Source of the DNA: Paraspadella gotoi
Taxonomy: Eukaryota > Animalia > Chaetognatha
DNA length: 61,675 nucleotides
NCBI GenBank assembly: GCA_051294375.1
Contig: JBJCIZ010001664.1
Span: 1 to 61,675 of the forward strand
Reading direction: 5' to 3'
The translations under genes and the position numbers were made by a program. The notes beneath the pieces were generated by a model. The model was not told where the DNA came from. It worked only from the letters and a program-made list of their open reading frames with translations, and made no database searches. Of the stretch, positions 32,795 through 47,455 are shown one piece after another; position 1 is the first letter of the stretch; each line of letters begins with the position of its first letter.

Positions 32795-35700
32795 GAACAG
32801 TAATGAAACTCTCGCGGATGGCAAAAAACAAAAAAAATATCTCAAGAGTGTGGAAAACCCCGAAAAGGCAAGGACTATTTGCTGGAGAAATTGCGGGAGC
32901 AAATGCGCCCGCCATTTACGCAATAAGCAGGCTCCGACACAGTGTCATATCGATGCAACAGATATGCCANNNNNNNNNNNNNNNNNNNNNNNNNGAAAGA
33001 TTAATAAGAAACAAAACATGAAAGAAAAAAAAACAAAACAAAAAAAACAAACAAACACCGTAGCGAATACAAACCATCGTCGTCACCATCGTGCGTCTGC
33101 AGTCCTCGTTTGTTTTTCGTGCCATTCAAGTTGCATCGCGAACTCGCTCCCTGTGCGTGCTCGTAGGTGAGGGTTGGAGAGGAAGGGGGCGGATACTAGC
33201 GGGAAAAACGAAGGCCGCTAACGAGCACAATATAACAGAAGAGAGATCTGGGATACGAGAGCGATCTAATAGTGATAACGAGAAGAGCGAGCAGGAGAAC
33301 AGAGTCGCGCCAACAAAGCTACCGGAGACCCGTCATGTCGAGAGACAGTTACGGCAAAAAAAAAGCATCGTACGATAACGAAAACCAAGAGAGAGATCGG
33401 AGCTCGAATATCGGTCTCAAAAACAAAAACATCATAAAATAAATATAAAAAGATGTAATTCTAACAAAGAATAATCAACGTTCTCTGTCCTTTTGTGAAG
33501 CCATAATAAGCTGTCAAAACACTATACGCTATAGATGAAATCATTCCGGAAATTACGCTAGGGTAAGTGCATGATGTGAAATTGTTTTTTTCGATCTGCA
33601 ACGTCGTTCAACCGGAAGGAATCACGGCCGCGACAGGCGATTTTTACGCTTGATTAATCGAATTGCCCGGGGTGCGTGGCGAACGAAGAGGCTGGACAAA
33701 AACGCAAGAAGAATTACGGAAAATATCTCGTCTTCTCTTTCATCACCCGATGTGAGCGAACGGAGTTCGAACTGATGCCAAGGGATGCGGATTGTTATTT
33801 ACAGGCATTGCGGTCCGCATACTGTGGGAGTAAGATGCTTGGCGGACTACGTGTGAATTTACAATCTCCCTTTTTATTGCCCTTTATGTTACGGATTCTG
33901 ACGTGGTAGAACCATTCTCGCTACCGGATTTTCTTTTTGCGAGATAACGGTGCCTAGATCTCTTCACGAAGGAAAAAAAGGTCATCGCTACAAGAATTGC
34001 CAATTCAGGGTTGAGCGACAAACACCGGCATCTTGGGTCCCCATCAGGAAATGGAAGGACGTAGACGGTCACCAGAACATGATCACCATGACATGGCCGG
34101 GACCATACGGGAGCGCGGATGGCTACTCACGAGGATTGAAAAATTTCGTTTTCATCGACGGGCGGGGAGTTCACCTACGGAACGGAAAATGCAAAGTTGT
34201 TTTGAGTGGTTCGAGATCCTGTTCTCTGACGCTTTTAGCCGGGGGGGACGGGCAGAGGGTCAGAGTCACCGAGGAGTTTCACTCAAAAAATCGAAGATGC
34301 AGCGCGAGCATAATAACAAAGCGGGCCACTACGTTACCTAGGTGGCGGTCACCTTTCGTCATTTTGATCGATGCGCCAAAATGTTCGAGCGTGATGCGCG
34401 GTTCTGAGGGGGCGGAGCCGGTGTTCAATGGGAACCTAATGGGATGGCTAAATAATCCGCATCAAAGGGCACGAAGACGGGACATAAGGACAGCATGTTC
34501 TCTGGCGGAGGTGCAAGAGATAAAAAAGGATCTCTGAGGGTGCAAAAACGTCGGGCTGATATAGAAGGCAAGGGAAACTATTTGCTGGAGGAAATTGCGG
34601 GAGCAATATGCGCCGCCATTTACGCAATAAGCAGGCTCCGACAGTGCATACGATGCAACAGATATGCAGGAGGAAAAGCTGAACATCTCTTGCGTTCTCA
34701 AATTTCACTAGGCGATAAATTGTTTGAATTATAATATTGGTATGCTGTATGTTCTCGGCCGCGCAACGACATCGCCGGTCCATTTCTTCATCTCGGCGGA
34801 CAGCCCCTGCTGGGCCTATAGAAGTGGGACGTAATCAGCCATGCCAAGCTTTTGAAGATTAAAAGCTTCAGATTATTGGCCTTGAGATGAAAACTAACAA
34901 ATTAATATATAAATCGCTCTCACGTGACTTGCTATTCTACGGCAAGGTGTATACTGTGCGTTCCAACCTTGCTTGATTGGGCCAAGATGGCACGCGGCGG
35001 TTTGATTTGTCCTTGCAATGCATAGCGCAACAGATCACCACAGCCATCCACAACATTTGTCGACCCGATTTTTGGTTGTTGTTGTTCTGTGTGGTGTTTG
35101 GGCTTGTGGGGGTGGGGGGTGTGGGTGTTGGGTTTTTTTGCTGTGTTTCTTTTGGTTTTTTTGTTTTTTGTGTGTGTGGTTTTTGTAGTTTTTTTTTGAT
35201 GTTGTGAGGTCGTTTGGTGTTGTGTCGTTTGTGTGTTTTTTGGTTTCTGGGTTGTGGTGGGTGATGGATCGGTGGCTACGTGTGATGGTTGGGATGCGTT
35301 TTTGTTTGGGGTCTGTGGTGTGTTTTTGGCAGTGAGATAGACCTCTGGAGGCGCTTGAGTGGCGAGATTCTATGTGCCCGCAGCAAAGCCTTTTGGTTGC
35401 TGTGTGTCCCTCGTAAAAATGTGTCTGAGGGGTGTTTTGGTGTTACAGTTTTGGTGGCCGTTGTTAGCTAAGCGAGAGTGTGTGGTGGGTGTTGGGGGGT
35501 TGTTTTGGTTTTTGGTTGTTGTTTTTTTTTGTGTTGGGTTTTTTTTTTTTTTTTTTTTTTTTTTGTGTGTTTTTGTGTTGGGATTTTTTGTTGGTTTTGA
35601 TGTGTGATTTTTGTTGGTGCGAGTAGAAAGTGCTTGTCGACGGCAAATCTGTAAAATAAACACTCGGCACTTACGAGACAGAACTATATAAGCTTGGCTG

Positions 35701-37070
35701 TGCATAGAAGTTTCTGTGCCAATGCGAACTGATCAGAGGTCCGCGGCATGCTTTTCCGGCCAGCGTAGGTTTTCCATACACTGTGGGTGTTTAGCATCGT
35801 CGTTAGTCGGGACGCCGTTGCGACTCCACGCGCCCCATGGGTCGTACGAAATCGGCGAGGGGTTCCTGTTGAGCAAGCCGGACGCCCCTGGTTTGCAAAA
35901 TATTGCTGTCGGACTGATCGAACAATCAGTTACCAGAATGAAAGAGACCACGTTACAAACGAAGTGACCTCTACGACGACGTTGCCAATTCAATGACTTG
36001 CACGTGAAGTAACACGGGAGAAGCGCAAGAATTCAATGAACGCGTGGGAGACATCACGGCAGCTCCACCAGCCTGCTATCAATCCGCTTTTCGGCGATTC
36101 CAGCCTCACAAATGGTGGGGGACCTAGTTTTGCATTTCAGTTACTTATTCTTGAGGGATTTTTGTGGTCTCGCCTCCGTATTCTTGTTTTCATAGCGCTG
36201 GCTGGTGTTTGTCAGTTTCAGTTGTGTTTTCGTTTTCTTTTGTTGTTGTGCAGGTTGGCATGTCTCGGTTACTCTGTTTTGTATTGTCTTGCTGCCTCTG
36301 CTTGCTGCTTGTTTAACTGAAGTTTGGTTCGATGTTGCGACAGCGATCTTCAGGGGAGTGTGGGCCCGTTGTTATTAGGAGCGATTAATGTACGAATTTT
36401 GATGTTCTGGTTTGGTGCATCGGTCAGGGATGTGGATACCTAGGTTTTGGTCTGATGTAGGGGAGGTTCGGGAAATGCAGAGACTCCCACCGGGTCCTGG
36501 TTCGCCGTACTGGAGCAGGGGTATTGGCTTGATTAATAGCCGTACATCGTAGGAATGGCGGGAGGTGAGCAGCAGGTCTTGCAGCTGCGTGCGATGTCTG
36601 CTCGGCTCCCTGCGAACTCTCTAATCGTTTTGTTCTGGGTCTCCTCCCTCGGCGGGAAGCCAGCGAGGAAGCAGCGTAGGAAGGGGTGCGAAGCTCTGGG
36701 GGCCTCAACTGGACCAAACAAAGACCTCACCAGAAACTCTATGGGGAGCTGCGAACGATAAGGAACGCTCATTGGGCCATTGAAGGAATAGAAGAGGAAT
36801 TGGGGAGGTTGGCAAAAAGGGGGGGACAATGAGGAGAAGAAGTGCCCGGGGACTTGGTGGGGTCAAGGGGTGGATTCTGGTTTTTGTAGTGAAAAGAAGG
36901 GCTTGGATTGGGTTTCCCATTCCATTCTATTTCCTAAGGGCTCGGAAAGCAAAGGAGCATTGAACTTACCAGTTATTATTCTTGCTTGATCATTGACTTT
37001 GAATTACTCTCGTTTTGTTTGTTACTCGGGTTAAGTTCTTTATTGAGGGTTCTGGAACTGGAACTTGGGA
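32795..37070 (+). pseudogene. Very noisy env copy or copies plus 3' LTR (~36535-37070)
   Basis: Recognisable collinear blocks of 19357-19510 (at 32795-32969) and 18185-20724 plus LTR (at 33060-37070), with dense indels. Confidence 0.8.
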
Positions 37071-38841
37071 ATTTTCTTAGGGATTGCTTTTAAAGCGGGT
37101 GGGTTGGTGGAGGCGGGGCGTGTGATAGTTTTAGGGGGGGTACAGGACAAGCGAGGATTGAGATGGCTGGGGGGGGGGTACGTGGATTCATTTTAAATGG
37201 AGCTTTGGAGCGAGAGTCTTTATTGTATGTTCGTATTTCTTTTATTCGTCTCTAACCGGTGTGCGCTGTATGAAGTCGGGTAAGGTGGATTGTGTCGATT
37301 CTGTTTTTAATGGTGTGTGTGCCGTGGTTTTATATTGAGTTAATAATTATGTACTATTAACAGTTAGAATATACTAACGTGATCGTAACCTATTGCTTAG
37401 GTCTTTATAGGTGATTGGTTGTCGTTAATCAATATGTATTGTTAGTGTTTATCTTAATGTATGGTGTCTTTTTTGTTGTTTTGGTTGGTTTTTTAATGAT
37501 TTGCAGTGTATGGTGGCGACTCTCCATCTTTTAAATAGTTTCCGTGCTTTTGACAGATGCAAGTTTTTATGTTTTTTTTTTGTTTTTTGAATTGGTTAGT
37601 TGATGACTGGCTGCTGTCCCGGTTGTTCGTTTGTTCTCGCAAATCTTGAACTTTTTTATATCTTGTTAACAAGGACTTTTGGTATCTATGTACCTAATTT
37701 TAAATTTTTAAACGGTAGAGAAAAAATGGTGTATTTTTTTTTGTGTTTGTGGTGAGGGTTCTAATAGTTTTGTGGTGTTTAAACTAAGTCTTAGGGAAGG
37801 AAGGATTTTGTTTGTTGTTGGTCGCGGAGTGGTGTGTACGCTGTTCGTTTGTTCTGCGGTGCGGGATCGGTTCGTCAGAGATAGGGGGAGAAGATGTGGG
37901 TGAAATAAGACGGAATATTCTTATCGAGGTTGTCGAGAAGTGAATGTGGGGCCGGGTATTGTAATTTCAGTGAAGATTGGTTGGTTGTAGTTTTTTTTTT
38001 TTCAAAATGCAAAAGCTACTAAAATTCTTTCTATTTGTCAACAAATTAATTGGTTAAATGTGTGTTTGTGGTTGTAGTGGGGAGTGTTTGATTTTCTGTT
38101 TTTGAGGTTGAGGGTGTGTGGTTCGGGGGTGTGTCGTTTGTTTTTGTTATCTGTTTTTTCGCCTGACGACTTGATCTTCACCGACGCATATTGAAGAGTA
38201 TTTTTCTCTGTGTGCACTTATTTCTAGGCTGGAAGTGGCCAAGATTCGAAAGTATTTGGTGTTCCATCGCGGGATAGGGATCATGATGAGCGTTGCTAGG
38301 CTGAGTTCGGTACCTACGGTATTCTTTGCGGTGTCGATATATGATTCGCCGAGTTTGGGTTCTCTCGCTGAGATTTTTTTGGCAGTATTTATGGGTTTGT
38401 TTGTCTAATATTTATCTCGTTGTTCATTTGGGCCTGGGTATCGAGGTCGACTACGAGCTGCAAGACGCCAGAAGAGTATTTCTGGCGACATTTTGGTCGA
38501 CGCCGATTTTATTGTTCACCGGCGCCAAGTCGACGAGGTCCCTTACCTTCGCTTTCAACGCCACAGATACCAGCATTCGTCGCCGCTAGTGGAATGTCTT
38601 AACATAGGCTCCAAATATGTAGAATAGAAAAGAGTTTCGTATTTCGGAGAAACTTTCTTATCAATTATTCTAATGGAAAAACTGTAAAAAACAGGGTTTC
38701 CAAAGCGGGTGGACATAGTCAAACTGAAACGATTTCAAAATATCTTCTTATCTCTCTCATAAGGTCACTAAAAATGGCGCTAAACGGCTGAAACAAGCAT
38801 AGAAATGGGTTCAATGCGGTAAATACGATCAGGGTGTTTTT

Positions 38842-39781
38842 TATGCGGAGGAAAAGCAAACATCTCTTTCGTTCTCAAATTCACAGGCGAAAATGTGAAA
38901 ATAAAAGGATGCGAGTTCTCGGCCCGCGCAACGACATCGCCCCATTTCTTCATCTCGGCGACAGCCCCTGCGGGCCTAAGAAGGGACAATTCAGCCATGC
39001 AAGCTTTGAAAGAAAAAGCTTCAGAATTGGCCGAGAGAAACAAACAAAATTTAAATCGCCTCACGGACGCACTACGNNNNNNNNNNTGCGTCACCCGAGC
39101 CAAAGAGGCACGCGCGGCCGCAATGCAAGCGCACAGATCACCAGCCGCCACAACATTTGTCGACCGAGGAAAGATCGCGATCATCAGGGGAGAATTGCTT
39201 GTCACGGCAAACTGTAAAAAAACACTCGCACTAACGAGACAAACAAAAGGCTGCTGGCAAGATCTGCCAATCAGCTACAGAGGCCGCGCAGCTTTCCGAC
39301 ACGCGATTTTCCAACACGTGGTTAGCACGTCGTACGAGACGCCGTGCGATCCACCGCCAGTCTACGAAATCGGCGAGGGTTTCCGTGACGCAACCGGACG
39401 CCCCTTCAGAAAATATGCGTCGCTATCGACATCATTACCAAATGAAAGAGACCACGTTACAACGGAAGTGGACCTCTACGACGACGTTGCCCAATTCATG
39501 GACTTGCACGTGAAGTACACGGGAGAAGCGCANNNNNNNNNNNNNNNNNNNNNNNNNNNNNNNNNNNNNNNNNNNNNNNNNNNNNTCAGATCCGTTTTCG
39601 GCGATTCCAGCCTCACAAAATGGTGGACCAGCTTCACACGAATCGCCCCACTCATAGCGTTGGCTGCAGTCATCCTCACCANNNNNNNNNNCTGCTGCCT
39701 CTGCTGCTGCAAACTGACGATGCGAACAGCGATTCAGGGAGCCGGAGGAGCGATAAACGAATTGGATGCTTTCATCGCAGG
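38842..39781 (+). pseudogene. env: env C-terminal half, second subfamily (partial, N-gapped)
   Basis: The ORF from 38895 is highly similar to the C-terminal half of the env at 18571-20463. Confidence 0.9.
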
Positions 39782-39881
39782 NNNNNNNNNNNNNNNNNNN
39801 NNNNNNNNNNNNNNNNNNNNNNNNNNNNNNNNNNNNNNNNNNNNNNNNNNNNNNNNNNNNNNNNNNNNNNNNNNNNNNNNN

Positions 39882-42800
39882 TCCAAGATGTATACATCCT
39901 TGGCATCCTATTCTTAGCCTTGTGACACCTAGCCACAATGGCGAGTTCATCTCGAAATCGTCGGAATTGATCAACGGAAACTTCATCTTCATCCTCGTCT
40001 TCACTGTCGTCGTCATCGTTGTCAGAAGACGGAGGAATGGAGAGTTTTGGAACAGAAATGGATGGAGCTTGAGCTTAGAGAGAATGTTTCTCTCAAAAAA
40101 GGGGATGAGATAAGAGAGTGGATCATACAAACTGGCAGTCATGGAGAAACTGCTTCTGGTCTTGCACGGTTTGCTGGATCTTCCTTGTTGACTCTATTGG
40201 ACGCAGTCTTCATCAGGTTTCCAGGTCCACTCCAAGGATCTTGTCAATTCACACAATTCGTGCCTGCAGAAAGTGGATCTTCTTGTTCAAGATGTCATGG
40301 GTTGATTTGTTCTTCTTCATCTCCAAGACTGAAGGGTCATGAAATTTCGCATTTTCCGAAGTTCAAAGCCTGCCCTTGCCATGGCTGGGTGGAGATCTTC
40401 TTCAGCTCTTTGGCTGTCTCTGAGTTGGGAACTGAGCTATGAAATCGTGCCACATAGCAGTGCCTTCAGGATGCGCTCAACACACTCGTCGGAGATTCTC
40501 CTCTGAGAGACTCGGCATGGGGTGTGGAGAGTGAAGTTGGCAGTAAGGTGAGGAAGGGTGGCGCAAAGATATGGACTTCGGTTCAATAGAGGCAAGCTTT
40601 GTGCATGCTTATTTCCACTACCAGTACTGAAGACATTAATCCATTCTCGTCGCTGAATGAGCCGTGGAAAAATTTTGATGTTTGCATTGATGGCGACTTG
40701 TGAGTCTGAAACGAAGTGGAATGCAATCAAGCTATTCATACAGGTCTGGTCCGTGAGGAGTCTCGGTCATTTGAGAGGCACTTCCTCTGTTGATGAGGCC
40801 TCGGGATCAGAAAGTCTTGACTTTGGTTTTTGTCTTTGCGAATGAAAGCATGTAGGGGAAGACTCAATTTTGGAAGCGCCTGGTACATCTTCATGTTTGA
40901 CTTTGGACTTTGACATTCGTCAACTTCTTTTGATCTTTCCAGACCTTTTCTCTCATTTCAGGATCTTTTTGAGCTGCGGCATCAAAAGAGGTTGAGTCGA
41001 TTGAGAGCATTACTCCTGTAGTCCCTTGTTGAGTATTTGGGGCTTTTTTTCCTTCTTTTCCAGAGAGCCTACTGACGTTAACTGAGACGCAACTATCAGG
41101 GTTAAATGCTAATAGTAATTTCATGCCTGATGAATGCTACTACTCTCATATTCAATGTGAAGTTTCGGGTATTTGCGAATTTGTGGATCTCAAAATACCA
41201 TGTTGAATGAGTCTTTTGAATATTCTTCTCTTATAGACTTGTCTCATATCTTCAGTGATTCCGCAGTCATTTTTTGCACAGCAATTGTTTCTTATTTCCT
41301 TCACACTTTTCGAGGACTCCATCAAGTCAAGCAAAGTCATCATTTTGGATTGGTTGGTGATATAGGTCGCCTCACAGGAGTTTCCTCAGCATAGAGTGTA
41401 GGATAGTGTGCGGGATTACACTTCAACTTCTCTGTGTTCGAGTTTGGAAGCTAACTCCTTCGATGTGTGAATATCTGAATTTATCTGAGTTTGTGAGAGG
41501 GAACTCATCCTCGTAGTAAGCACAATCAGCAACCATGGTCCATTCTCAAGCTGATTGATAGATTCGTTGTTTCGCAATGTTTCTAAAGTTCATGTCACAA
41601 GTCGTTTCATGCAGTATAGTGATTGAGTCATAGGATCTAACTTTAGTATGTTCTTCTTTTACCTTACTCTTCAAATTTTGACGATGGAGTCTTTGACACA
41701 CATCTGCTAGCTCTGTGTCAATCATGGGCGTAGGTCTGTTTTTCGTCGCCTCCTGTTCCACTTAGACAGGGTACAATTGGTTATGAGCCCACCAGCTTCC
41801 TGATAGGCAAGGATAAGTATGCTTGCGCAGTTTCGGTGGTTGAGCAGCCGGAGATGTGGACGTGGTGGTCGTGTGGAATGGGTGGTGCTGCAAGTGGTGT
41901 CATATTAGAGTGGAACTGTACTGTTTTCTTGATTGGTGGGGCGATTTGGAGTGTTGACCTAGATTGTTTGCTGTGTTGTAATTTGTCTTGGCATTGGTTG
42001 TTTCCGTGTTGATTTGATTTGGTGAATAACTCCATGGAAAACATTTCATGTTCTCCATTGGCAACCATGCAGTGACTCTTGTAGATCAAATGTATGAGAT
42101 CTGTGGCAGTGGTCGAATACACTTAATGCATATTTCTGTTCTTTTGATCAAATCTCTTTTTCCTCGTTTTGTCATTTTCTTAAACCATTTGGCAGGCCTG
42201 CATAGCATGCATTCATTTGCAAAAGTTGCCATGGGTCGCATACGTAAATGAGGCTACAGTCTCATTCTGATTGGGTCTTTGTAGAATTCCGAGAAGTCAC
42301 CAGCAGTGTGTGAAAGTGGGCTTTGAAGACACTTCCTTAGGGATCGTTGGCACGCCGTTGCTTTCTTACTGCTGTTGTAATGTCACTGGTATTGATGCTG
42401 CAATATCTGATGTAAGCTTTCTTTTGATTTGTTTCGCGTAGGCGCCTTTTCATTAAATTCGGTCTTAAGAATGTTAATGACACTCCTCAAATTCAATTTC
42501 TGCCTTCTCCATCTGGTGAATCGCGATCTTGTTTTGCAAATCCAGTTTCAAAAATTTACATGTGGCATCCAAGATCTCGTTATGATGGTATGCCTGTCTA
42601 AGATCTTTCCTATTACGTATTTCGCATCAGCCATTGCTTTGATCTTTTCCAATTCAGTGGGGATTATCCAATTCGGTTCTGTTTTCTGGTAAAACTTTAC
42701 CTTAGCTCAGGAACACTTTAAGCAATCATGTACAATTTGCACTGCTTTTTTACCATAGCCCTTTCCTCAGAGTTGAAATAGCATCTTTGTAAAGACTTTG

Positions 42801-45450
42801 ATTCATTGTCATCCTTGAAGTATCTTCGCGACTTTTCATATAAGTAATCCTGAGAACGCAGTGTTTCAAGTATGTGGAGTTGACATCATCAGTGGCTCTT
42901 GCTTGTCGCATGATTGTTTCGTAAGATCTCATATGAAAGTTCAAAATTGAACGTTTTGATTCTCTCAAATATAGTCTTTGGTCGCTTGCTCAACTGTACT
43001 TCACGCATGTGGGCTTTCTTATTTTGTTCAAAAATTTTTTTGAAAAATGGGTGCTCTGTGGGTTGGGTTGCTGGAAGCTGAGCAGGAGCTGAGCCGGAAA
43101 CTGATGGGTGGTGGGAAGGATTTTAGTGGGGTGTCATGGAGGTGGAGCTGAGTTTGAGTTTGGTAGGAGGAGCTTCTGCAGTGGTTCCGCCAATTGGACA
43201 TGGGTGACCTATGGGGGGTGGGGTGATGAATAGTAGAGAAAAGTGGTGGAGTATGCACTTGACCGCAGTTCCTCAAAATCTGGACTTCGCATCCTCGTTG
43301 TTTTGTGATGTGAATGCCTTTTGATCTCCTTTTCCAGAGTTTGGATAGTTTATTCTTTGGGCTAAGAAGAAGCTTCTGATGCCACTTAATTGTTGTCGTA
43401 TTTTTACAATATTGTACCCAACATTGATTAGATTGGTTGCTTCACCTCTGCTTGCATCACAATCTTTTATTTTCATCAATCTTTTATCGGCTAAGGTGTT
43501 AAGAATGATGGCGAGTTTCACTTGAATCGTCGACGAATTGATTAACGGAAACTTATCTCATTCTCGCTCGGTTTCATGTTGTCGTCGGGTCGTTTAGAAG
43601 ATGGAGATATGGAGAGTTTTGAAGCAGAATGGATGGAGCTTGTATGAGCTCTTATTTGTGTTGATCAAGCTGTTTCTTTCGTTAAGCTTAATTTTTGGTG
43701 CTTCATTTCTCTATAACTGTTTTTTCTTTGGTTTTTTGGAGAATGTCCATTCTTATTTTCCATTCTGAGTTTTCCTNNNNNNNNNNNNNNNNNNNNNNNN
43801 NTTTATCCATTTCCTCATCGTATTGGTTATTCATTCGATCCTGTTGATTCTCAAGATCCTGAAGCTCTTTTAAGTCATTACCATAAGTGGTAAAACCTTT
43901 GTTGTCCCAAGATCCATCAGCTGTATTGAGATGGGATTGCGTGGTCTTTGAGTAGAGGGATGAGTCGACGGAAAGATCGTCGACCGAAATTCCATGAGCG
44001 CTTACTGCTGCTTTGATTTCAGAAAAGAGTCTTTCTCTCGAATCATCCTTAACCGGAGTGAGAATGCTTTTAGGATCCGTTTCCTCCTCAGATGCGTCGA
44101 TCAGCTGCCCATTTGGGGCATCCTCTGAAGGGGCGCAAGTTGACTGATCTTTCCTTAGACGCCGAAGCGTGATGTGAGCATGTTGAAACGAGTGAGTTAG
44201 GATTTCTTTCGCCTTGGGTTTCTTTGCAAGAGAGAAGGCGAATTGCAACTGTTGCCTTTTCATCTCGATCAGCTTGAGGAGTTCATCTGCTTTCTTGTTT
44301 CCGGGCTCGCCCAGTTCGCGGTAGCGAGGGATGAGGTTGGCGAGAGCATTGATGGCCAGGTTCGACCCACTTGGAGTAGTATCCTCCAGGTCGACCAAGT
44401 TTGAACTGTCGTCAGGCCCGTTATTGAGTGAGCATCGTGAATATGGAAATAAAAAAGAGAGGAAATATTTAAGATAAGGAATAGATTTGTTTAATAAGTT
44501 TAATAGAAAGAATCTTAGAATGGCTTTTCTAAATAATTTTCAAATCCAGTAGAAATATTTAAAATATTAAAAAATACCCCTTTTTTTTTTTTTTTTTTTT
44601 TTTTTAAGGTTCACGTCTTTGAGACGATAGAACTCCAAAAGAACGAATATGATATATTTTCCCAATTAAGATTTTCTAAGAGTGAGGCTAAAAGTCGCCT
44701 AAAATTGGGAGAAATAAAAGGAAGCAATAATTAATGATCGATCTTCACAGAATATGTCTTAATCATTCTCACATCTCAATTTTGATTGGTAGATTCACGC
44801 TGTTTCTATTATTTGAGTGGTTGTCATTAAAGAAAGGGACAACCTGTTGTTGTTTGTTGTTATTGTTGTGACAATGGAGTCAATCGAGGTTAAATCGTTG
44901 TCGAAAGTCCACTCAGATTGGATTTGAACGAGATTGGTTGACAAAAACGTCTTATTGTTGTTGTGTGCAAATCCTCGGGCAGTCGTGTCGATATTTTCTC
45001 ACTGTCAAGCTAACTCGGAGCTGACGACGAACAAGGAATTTGCGAGAAGGACGAACTTGAAAACGTGAATCACAGTCTCGTTGGCGAGCTAAATCTCCAA
45101 AAAATCTAAGAAATCTAACAAAAATCTAACCAAAAAATGAAGCAGAAAATGTCTAAAAATGTCATTTTGAGATGAATAATGAGACGAATATTTGCCGTAT
45201 GAGAAGAATATGAGATGAACAAATAATCAAGGAGAAAAAATAGCTGTCAAACGAAGTTTTGTGAGAAAATAGTCAAAAGTCCGTGAAAGCGAATCGTATC
45301 CAAAATGTGATTTGAACTCATGTTTGGAGTCGTTGTACAAGTCGTATTTTGGAGAGAGAGAGGAGAAGAGAGAGAGAGAGACCCAAACGGTAAAGCGTCG
45401 ATTATCTAAGGTCAGTCAGGTCAGTCTCAAAAAGGGCCGATCGTTTCAAT
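39882..45450 (-). mobile_element. BEL/Pao-type LTR retroelement remnant (gag and protease, no RT seen)
   Basis: Minus strand: ORF 44398-43703; RSYETIM...YLKHC...YKDAISTLRKG(YG), which is DUF1759-like Pao gag; a Cys/His knuckle cluster at ~42250-42040 (CMLC, ICIKC, HCMV..GEH); and IDT(G)AS at ~41722-41705 with a 1-nt indel. Confidence 0.65.
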
Positions 45451-47419
45451 TATGAGGGAATTCCGGGTGCCTTGGAAGTAAATAACGAGATAGTATGGAA
45501 TTGAAAGCTTCTCTGCTTATGTTTATGACGTTGTTGAAGAGTGATGGAGGCTTGTTCTCTTATTTAGCCTGTCCGAGTTCGGTGGGGCATAAGTTAGCTT
45601 ATGTTATTAATATGTGTGTTTGTATAAATTGGTTGTGACTGCAATTTCTATAATGAAGGATAGTAGGGAGATGTGAAGAATTGAAAAATCAAAAGCGAAT
45701 CGGACATTTTCTTTTATTTATTTCGCTTCTTTTTGTTACTTTTCTTTTTCCGTTTTTTGTTTTGTTTGTTTATGTTATTGTTGTCATGGTTATTGCCGTT
45801 TTCTTTCTCTCCTCTTTGGTCTGGAGGGAAGGCATAGGTCTGACTTTCCAACTCGTAGTACCGTTAAGAGCAAGCGATTTTTAATTGCCGTGTTATGTTC
45901 TCTCGTTCTCTCTCTTCTCTCGTCTCCTTCTCTCTTCTCTCTCTCTCTTCTCTCGGCTCTCTCTCTCTTCAAGAAATTGATTTTTTTTGCAACCGTTTGC
46001 TTTTTGTTTAAAAACATTAAATCGTTCGATAAAAAAGCAAACAAGACTAATAAAGAGAAATGGAATCTTTAAAAAACATGAAAATAACAAAGGAAAGTGT
46101 GAATCGAGGTCGAAGACCCGTAATTTCGTGTGTGAATAGAAAGAAAAGAACTACTGATTAATAATTTGTTATGTTATGATTAAGGAACATAAAAGAAAAG
46201 AATCAAACTATAAATTCAATAGTCTTAAGGGCGTAGTTACGTCATTATGTCTTTGTAAGGAAAGACAACGAAGAGCTCAACGACAATGAGTCGACGAATC
46301 CGGATTGGTTCTTTGTGATCGTCGTTAAAGATTGGAGATTTGTTGTTGTTTATGTTGTTATCTTGAATACTATATCAGTGTTGTTTTGCTTGTTTCGAGT
46401 TTTTTTTCGTTCGTCATTTGAAGTCCCTGAACGTGAATGTGTGAACAGAAAGGCTCCTCTCGGATATTGTGGTATTGTCTGTTAACACTATAAACTTATA
46501 ACTTATAGAATTGTGTGTTCAATGTACAGTATCGGGTGACTTGACTGAGCTTTGTATAATAAATAATAATAGTTATATGGTTCTGCGAGTGTGAGACAAC
46601 GTTATTCACATCTTAGGTCTAAAAGAAAACAACGGAAGAGCGAGAATTTAATTTAGTAATTAATAAATATATTCTTTTGACTCAATCCTCGATCTTTTTA
46701 TTCGTTTCGCACGACGACAACAAAGAATGACAACGACAACAACAACGTACGTCGTTCCGTTCGTTCGACGTTTCGTTCTCTTTTCGCTTAAACTGGCCTT
46801 GTTTTTTGTCGGCTGCATCTTCTTTCTACGATTCGTCTGGCGTCTGTTCGTCTGTCGCCGATCTGTCGGTGATCGTAGTAGTGTCGTATTCCGAGCCCAT
46901 TCGTTCATGGCATCTAGTCGCCGTCCAGTTGTTTTTGTCTCTCTCTCTCTTGCGACATTGGAGGAATCGTTGCTCGTGAGTCGTTCGGGTCTCTCTTTCT
47001 CGCTCTCCTTCGTTCTATCTCTCTCCTGCTCTTTGCTCCTCTCTGCTCTCTCTCTCTCTTCTCTCTTCTCTCTCTCTCCTCTTCCGTGCAAGGGAAGCTC
47101 TTAAGGCGGGAAAATTTTACATTTCGTATCGAGAAATGATAAGTTCGATGTAATTGATGTCTTTGCGGACTATTAATATCTTCCNNNNNNNNNNNNNNNN
47201 NNNNNNNNNAAATCGGAGGGGGAGTCGGAGAAGGAGAGAGGGAGAGAGGGAGGAGGGGGGAGAGGGAGAGAGGGGAGGGGAGGAGGGGAGGTAGGAAAAG
47301 GAGGAGGAAGGTTTGATAAAAGGGAGGAGTAGAGAAATGGGAAGGAAGGGTAGGCAAGTAATAGGAAAGAGAAAAGATGAGAAGAACAGGAAGGAAAGAA
47401 GAGAAGGATGAGATGAAGG

Positions 47420-47455
<36 letters not shown>

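Noticed and set aside
35070-35620. G/T-rich low-complexity insert in env and its hydrophobic ORFs
   Set aside because: It lies in the noisiest segment and resembles a low-quality read stretch. It is absent from other env copies.
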